64,000 nucleotides of DNA from a virus: positions 48,474 through 112,473 of IMG/VR virus record IMGVR_UViG_3300025093_000013; one strand, given 5' to 3'. A program made the position numbers and the translations under genes. The notes under the pieces are model-generated. The model did no database searches. It saw nothing but the letters and a program-made list of their open reading frames with translations, and was not told where the DNA came from. Every line of letters begins with the position of its first letter. The first letter of the stretch is position 1. This document shows, piece by piece, positions 59,319 through 64,000 of this stretch.

Positions 59319-61538
59319 ATGATGAACTTCGCCAAGCTATTACTAGAGAGTTACTCGCTTCGAGAGCAGCAAGATGATGTCATGCAGTTCTTGAAGAGTC
59401 AGGCTCCTCAGTGGAATCCTTCGAGTGGGACACCTAGACCTCAATCCGTTTCAGTCAAGTCACCTAATAACGAAAAGGCTAAACCAGTTTTAGTAGGTGT
59501 CAATCAAAAAGGTGAAGTTAAAATCGAAGCAGGCCCTTTAGGTTCTCAAATTGTTAATGCAAACAGAGGAGCGAATCCAAAGTTATTAGCCAAGCTACAG
59601 GCATGGTACGCAGGACAAGACGCAACCACTGGAAATGAACCTGTTGTTCCAGAAGATCCTGTCTTAAGTAGAGTTAGCGAAGAAAGCCAAGAGAGACTCA
59701 ACAAGCTAGAAGAATTGATGCCAGGGACAATAGATAAGTTCAAGGAAATACTAAAGGACTCGCAAGGTCTAGTAGAGGATGGGTTGATCTCGGAAGCAGA
59801 GCTTATCCAAAAGATCTTTGGAGGAAAAGACAGAGGTTCTCTAGCCTACAACTTACTTCAAGAGGTAGAAGGCGGTGGAGTTAAGTTTGAAAGAACTGAC
59901 AGTATCGGTTTTGCTTTGGATGATGTTGATATTAAGACCTTGGCTGGTTCAATAAACTCAATGGCTCAGTTAGCGAAGGCGTATAACAAGTCTAGGACCT
60001 GTGAGGCTACTGATAGTGATATGCAACAAGTAGCGGACAATGTAAGGCAGGCCCCTGGCAAGAGCGAGTTCTTCTTTGCTGCTCCATATGATGATAAAAG
60101 ATTTGGTGTTTCACTTAGCATAGCAGAGGGTAACCCTATCAACATGATGGCAAATGCTTACAACAGTAATGTAAGCGGGCTATGCACAGACAAAGTAGAA
60201 GACTCTGCGAACTATACCATACCTGAAAAAGAGATTGCGGCAAGAGCCTCTGATGCCCCAGGCAACTTCAGTAACATTGTAAAGGACGCAAGTGAGCTAG
60301 TACAGGTGGCAGGGTTCTATCTAGCCACTGGTCAAACTGATAAGGCTGCTGGTATCGTGACAGACATCATTTCCAAGTTTGGCGCTCAGGCATTCAATGT
60401 CCTGAAGATGAAAAGTCTTGTAGAGAAGGGAGAGCATATCCTAGACGAGAAATATCAGGAGCTAATCACAACAATGGATGATCTTGGTATTAACTTCAAG
60501 GGTGATGTAAAGGATGCAATCAAGGGTCCTCTTAGAACCTACCTTATCAACTCAATGATGTTTGTTAATGAACTCAAGCCCGACTACGCTGCAAGGGTAG
60601 GTGGTGTAGCAGGCAAGGGTGATAAGTCTGATGTTGATTATGTCATGAGAGAAAGACCTAGCATGGCACTGCCTGAAGGTAGCGTTACAGAAGTCAAATT
60701 TGAAGACTTGGATCCTGCACTACAAAGAGCGATCAAAGCATCAGGAGATGAGATACAGGACAAGTATTTTTTACTAGGAGACTCACTCAAGACATATATC
60801 AACGAGGGTCCTGTAAAACTAGGAACTGCGAGTAGACTGGGAGGAGAAGCAAGTAGACTTCTAGAGAATGGTAACGCTCACGGAGACTTTGTTTGGGATC
60901 AGCTAGGGGTTAGTGAGGCTGATAAGGCTGCTGGTAGAGAGATACTTAGCCAAATGGCTACCGTTCAAGATGCTGTCACTAAGTTAATGGATGGTAAAAC
61001 TAAAACAGCCAACTTAAGTAAACAGCAGCTTAAAACCTTTGTGTCCAAACAAGTAAAGGAGATCCTAGAGCAGGCTGGTATAACAGGTGAGCAAAAAAGA
61101 ATCATGAATGCTGCTCTTAAGGAGTTTGATAAGAACGGAAGTCCTAAGGCTGTAGGTCTTGTAGAAAGAGAACTACATCGTCTGCTCCTAGAAAAAGGCA
61201 TCAAACGAAAAAGCAACGGGCTCATTGATAAGAATAAATCAAAAGGTTCTCTCGTTGCCTTTGCAGCACTTCAAGCATCTATGGGTATGGATAGCACTGG
61301 AAAGAATCCCATGTCCAGCATCCATATTCTCTCAACAGGTAATACTTACAGAGAGAATCAGAACCAGATGATTGCAGAGCCACTAAAGGATTTACTAGAT
61401 CCAGACTCTAGACGAGATTTATCAACGGGAACTTCTACTTGGACAGTTACTGATGATGGTTCTACTGAGTTCAAAGCAGGTAAAGGAAAAGCAGAAGCTA
61501 ATTCCTACATCAATACTCGTCACTTAAAGAAGAACTGA
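59319..61538 (+). CDS. Large hypothetical protein, possible head-packaged PD-(D/E)XK-like nuclease
   Basis: N-terminal LLE/LRE sites; GKGDKSDVDY...LGDSLKTY motif. Confidence 0.55.
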   Translation: MMNFAKLLLESYSLREQQDDVMQFLKSQAPQWNPSSGTPRPQSVSVKSPNNEKAKPVLVGVNQKGEVKIEAGPLGSQIVNANRGANPKLLAKLQAWYAGQDATTGNEPVVPEDPVLSRVSEESQERLNKLEELMPGTIDKFKEILKDSQGLVEDGLISEAELIQKIFGGKDRGSLAYNLLQEVEGGGVKFERTDSIGFALDDVDIKTLAGSINSMAQLAKAYNKSRTCEATDSDMQQVADNVRQAPGKSEFFFAAPYDDKRFGVSLSIAEGNPINMMANAYNSNVSGLCTDKVEDSANYTIPEKEIAARASDAPGNFSNIVKDASELVQVAGFYLATGQTDKAAGIVTDIISKFGAQAFNVLKMKSLVEKGEHILDEKYQELITTMDDLGINFKGDVKDAIKGPLRTYLINSMMFVNELKPDYAARVGGVAGKGDKSDVDYVMRERPSMALPEGSVTEVKFEDLDPALQRAIKASGDEIQDKYFLLGDSLKTYINEGPVKLGTASRLGGEASRLLENGNAHGDFVWDQLGVSEADKAAGREILSQMATVQDAVTKLMDGKTKTANLSKQQLKTFVSKQVKEILEQAGITGEQKRIMNAALKEFDKNGSPKAVGLVERELHRLLLEKGIKRKSNGLIDKNKSKGSLVAFAALQASMGMDSTGKNPMSSIHILSTGNTYRENQNQMIAEPLKDLLDPDSRRDLSTGTSTWTVTDDGSTEFKAGKGKAEANSYINTRHLKKN

Positions 61539-62044
61539 TTGTGTATCTTAAGAAGGTCATCCATGTATAACATGATGTACTCTATACCTTCTTTACTTAT
61601 TAATGTAGTATATGAATCAGTATAGTTTATTATTTCTTCTTTATACCTAAGTATTGTTATGATAGGCTGCCGATCCTGGGCCATAAAAAGAATCGGTGCT
61701 TTATCTGCGGCGGCTGCGTCTTTCTCCATATGCTCGATCCACTCCCAAAGTTTTGATTGAAAATCTAACATGGAGTGAAAGCCTAGGTTGTTATACCCCT
61801 TCTTGCATTCTATAATGTATGCAAATGCTTGAGGAGTGATAAGATCTCCCTGGATTTGTAGATGTTTCGGTAGCGTATGTGTCGTTGCGAAAGCTCCTGA
61901 TCCTGGGGTCCGTGCGAATTCTTTGGTTTCGAATCTTTCATTGAGTATTTTGGCGACTTTGTTCTCGAAGGCCGCGCCCTTCGCCCTACTATTCTTTCGC
62001 TTGGGCTTGGTCCTGAGTTTCGATAAATCGTAATTATCTTCCAA
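61520..62044 (-). CDS. Holliday junction resolvase-like nuclease (Hjc-type), TTG start
   Basis: NSRAKGAAFE, FARTPGSGA, GDLI, IECKKGY, PILF. Confidence 0.88.
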   Translation of the reverse strand: MEDNYDLSKLRTKPKRKNSRAKGAAFENKVAKILNERFETKEFARTPGSGAFATTHTLPKHLQIQGDLITPQAFAYIIECKKGYNNLGFHSMLDFQSKLWEWIEHMEKDAAAADKAPILFMAQDRQPIITILRYKEEIINYTDSYTTLISKEGIEYIMLYMDDLLKIHNQFFFK

Positions 62045-62061
62045 CCTTATTTACCTCTGTA

Positions 62062-62070
62062 CTATTATAG
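62062..62070. promoter_or_regulatory. Quasi-palindrome CTAT-W-ATAG between divergent genes
   Basis: Reads TATTAT on + and TATAAT on -; the same element is at 63017-63027. Confidence 0.55.
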
Positions 62071-62073
62071 ATC

Positions 62074-62394
62074 ATGAGTTGGGACGAAGAACCTAAACTT
62101 GAACTTACCAGCATTAACAAATGTAGAATCCTTCGAAGGAGGAACGATAGAATGAAGATTCAATTTAATCTAACTAAACCTGAGGCAGAAGCCTTCAAGA
62201 ACTTTTTCAATGTAATCAACCAGGGTGGTCTCTCCGAGGAGGAGTTTACCAAGACTGCATTCATGGTTGGCCTTCAGTCCATGGAGCGGGCAGTGATCTC
62301 CCGCATGGCAGAAGAGGCCGAGAAGGCTGAGGGCGAGGCACAAGAGCCTGAGATCGTAGAAGAAGATGCTGAAACTACAGAAACTCAAGAGTGA
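62074..62394 (+). CDS. Hypothetical protein with acidic tail (alternative start 62152 after AGGAGG)
   Basis: Open frame with phage-like codon usage. Confidence 0.7.
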   Translation: MSWDEEPKLELTSINKCRILRRRNDRMKIQFNLTKPEAEAFKNFFNVINQGGLSEEEFTKTAFMVGLQSMERAVISRMAEEAEKAEGEAQEPEIVEEDAETTETQE

Positions 62395-62710
62395 AAATCA
62401 CCTGAACAAGGTGGTTCGGCAAGCCCGACAGCAGAAGTCTGGGGCGGTAGGTTTTCTAGTAACCTCCCCCTGGGATCCGCAGTCGGAGCTTATCAAGAAA
62501 GAACTGCATGAGGCGTGGGAGGACTTCGAACAACACTTTGATCTCTACGAGATCGATTACTTCGAGCTTCCTCATGCTTACTGCATCTTTAAAGCTAGGA
62601 CACCCAGCCTAGTATGTGTACTAGGGAAGAAGACAGTGGTGCTTGACAACCCAATGTCGATTAGGGCTGAGATGGACCTCGATACCCTCGCAGTTCCTCG
62701 AAAGCCTTGA
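62366..62710 (+). CDS. Thioredoxin-fold protein lacking CXXC
   Basis: FLVTSPWDPQSELIK aligns to the F-x-APWCGPC pattern; YEID, cis-Pro loop RTPSLV. Confidence 0.6.
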   Translation: MLKLQKLKSENHLNKVVRQARQQKSGAVGFLVTSPWDPQSELIKKELHEAWEDFEQHFDLYEIDYFELPHAYCIFKARTPSLVCVLGKKTVVLDNPMSIRAEMDLDTLAVPRKP

Positions 62711-63011
62711 TCTTCTCTGCGTACTTTTTGTCCTTAGTGTAAACAAGCTTTAAGTTATTTACGATAACAGTTGTAAAGAAATTGAAGGCGCTCCCTTTTT
62801 CAGGATTGAAATTTTGGAGCGTCTTCAATATTAACACAAAGCAGTCTTGCTTGGCGTCCTCAGGGTCCACATCAAAGTTGAATGCACCCATGACATTGGA
62901 TACCAACAGGTCGAACATAGAAAACAGTTCTTCTTCGTGAGCCTTGCGATCTTGGAGGTATAATACGATAAGCTCCTCGAAGCGTTTGTTGTCTATGTAA
63001 TGTCTACTCAT
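62661..63011 (-). CDS. gp55: Late-transcription sigma factor, gp55-like (short)
   Basis: HYIDNKRF, EDAKQDC, NFNPEKGSAFNFFTTVI match gp55-family HYVNN...NFDPEK...FAYFT motifs. Confidence 0.85.
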   Translation of the reverse strand: MSRHYIDNKRFEELIVLYLQDRKAHEEELFSMFDLLVSNVMGAFNFDVDPEDAKQDCFVLILKTLQNFNPEKGSAFNFFTTVIVNNLKLVYTKDKKYAEKIKAFEELRGYRGPSQP

Positions 63012-63016
63012 ACTTA

Positions 63017-63027
63017 ACTATTATAGT
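63017..63027. promoter_or_regulatory. Quasi-palindrome ACTAT-T-ATAGT between gp55-like gene and polymerase
   Basis: Lies in a 26-bp divergent gap; TATAAT on - is 8 nt before the gp55 ATG. Confidence 0.55.
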
Positions 63028-63037
63028 GTAAACCCCA

Positions 63038-64000
63038 ATGCAACTATCTAACCTCTATGAAGAAGCTCCTATCCACCCGTTCTGCCAAGGCTGCTCCCAA
63101 CTCAAAAGGAACAAGCCAACCCATTGCATCCAAGATTATGAATCTATGGATGAGGCTGATGTACTTTTTCTTTCTGATTCTTTCGTGTTTCATAATGGGA
63201 GGAGTAATCCTTTTAACAGCCGAGATGTGGAGACGCTTACTGATATCCTTGTGGCATCAGATCTCCCAGGCGACTGTAGAGTTTCCTTCTCTGCTGCTGT
63301 AAAGTGCCCTTCTGTGCGTGAATCAGACATGAAGACTGCTGATACTCACGCTTGTCGCCAGCACCTCTGGGCCACGATTGATCAGGTCAAGCCTAAGCTA
63401 GTGTTCGCATGTGGAAATCTTGCGTTCAAGATGGTGACTAAGAAGTCTGGTATCACAACCAAGAGAGGCAACGCATTCGATATCGATACTGGTAACCACC
63501 AGTTCGTATGCGTCCCTATCTTCCACCCATACGCTGTTCATACCGAGCCAAAGAATCGGTACATTTTTGAACAGGACATTAAGAACGCCCTTGCCAAGGT
63601 GATCACGGGCATCAAGGCAGAGAAGATTCCTGTGGATCTTATCATGTCCGACGATGATCTTGACAAGATACTTTGGCTGGCCGAAACCGACGAGGATATT
63701 GCAGTTGATACTGAGACTACAGGTCTGAACTTCCTGACCGATAAGCTTAACACGATTGCGATCTCTGCCAAGGACAAGAACTACGCCATTCCTCTGCTAC
63801 ACAAGGACACACCTTGGAAGGATACTGACTACATCCTGAATGTTGTCAAGAAGATTCTTGAGAATCCTAACAACCGCAAGGTCTTTCACAATGCGAAGTT
63901 CGACCTGAAATTCCTACACAATGTTGGAATCTACCCAACGAATGTCTATGATACTAAGCTGATGGCTCACCTGTGGAACGAGGATGTTCCCAAGAGCTTG
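63038..64000 (+). CDS. polA: DNA polymerase (family A type) with N-terminal family-4 UDG-like domain; partial, not in ORF track
   Basis: 321 open codons: CQGC...VKCP...ACR...KPKLVFACGNLA...RG...PIFHPYAV, then ExoI AVDTETTGL, ExoII FHNAKFDL, YDTKLMAHL. Confidence 0.88.
   Translation, partial: MQLSNLYEEAPIHPFCQGCSQLKRNKPTHCIQDYESMDEADVLFLSDSFVFHNGRSNPFNSRDVETLTDILVASDLPGDCRVSFSAAVKCPSVRESDMKTADTHACRQHLWATIDQVKPKLVFACGNLAFKMVTKKSGITTKRGNAFDIDTGNHQFVCVPIFHPYAVHTEPKNRYIFEQDIKNALAKVITGIKAEKIPVDLIMSDDDLDKILWLAETDEDIAVDTETTGLNFLTDKLNTIAISAKDKNYAIPLLHKDTPWKDTDYILNVVKKILENPNNRKVFHNAKFDLKFLHNVGIYPTNVYDTKLMAHLWNEDVPKSL

Noticed and set aside
1618-63777. The many 60-140 aa ORFs nested in or antisense to large genes (e.g. 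10822-11238, 14216-14614, 51142-51531, 63057-63302, 63538-63777)
   Set aside because: Shadow frames of well-supported genes, with no motifs or start signals
1-64000. Stop-codon reassignment
   Set aside because: Core genes are full length in the standard code, and TAA, TAG and TGA all end genes at expected positions

Overview
The whole window is part of a large, gene-dense, T4-like (gp23-type capsid, contractile tail) bacteriophage genome. It holds most of the virion module on the + strand: terminase, portal, head fibre and LamG proteins, tail chaperone, tape measure, baseplate gp53/hub/spike/gp25/gp6/gp7-like proteins, several large fibre proteins, PAAR, prohead protease, scaffold, MCP, neck, sheath and tube. 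Minus-strand non-structural genes are interspersed: glycosyltransferase, UvsW-like helicase, primase, Cas4/AddB-like nuclease, Holliday-junction resolvase and a short gp55-like sigma. The window ends in a gene missing from the ORF track, a family-4 UDG-like domain fused to a PolA-type 3'-5' exonuclease. The most notable observations are: a start-less ORF reachable by a -1 frameshift behind the gp26-like chaperone; a 10-aa motif shared by the MCP N-terminus and a small head protein; a protein with about 60 Cys; a set of basic peptides flanked by predicted prohead-protease sites; palindromic or leaderless promoter elements; and apparent absence of ACGT and CCGG. No tRNA, rRNA, CRISPR array, intron or mobile element was seen. 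All product calls come from motif recognition by eye, not from database searches.
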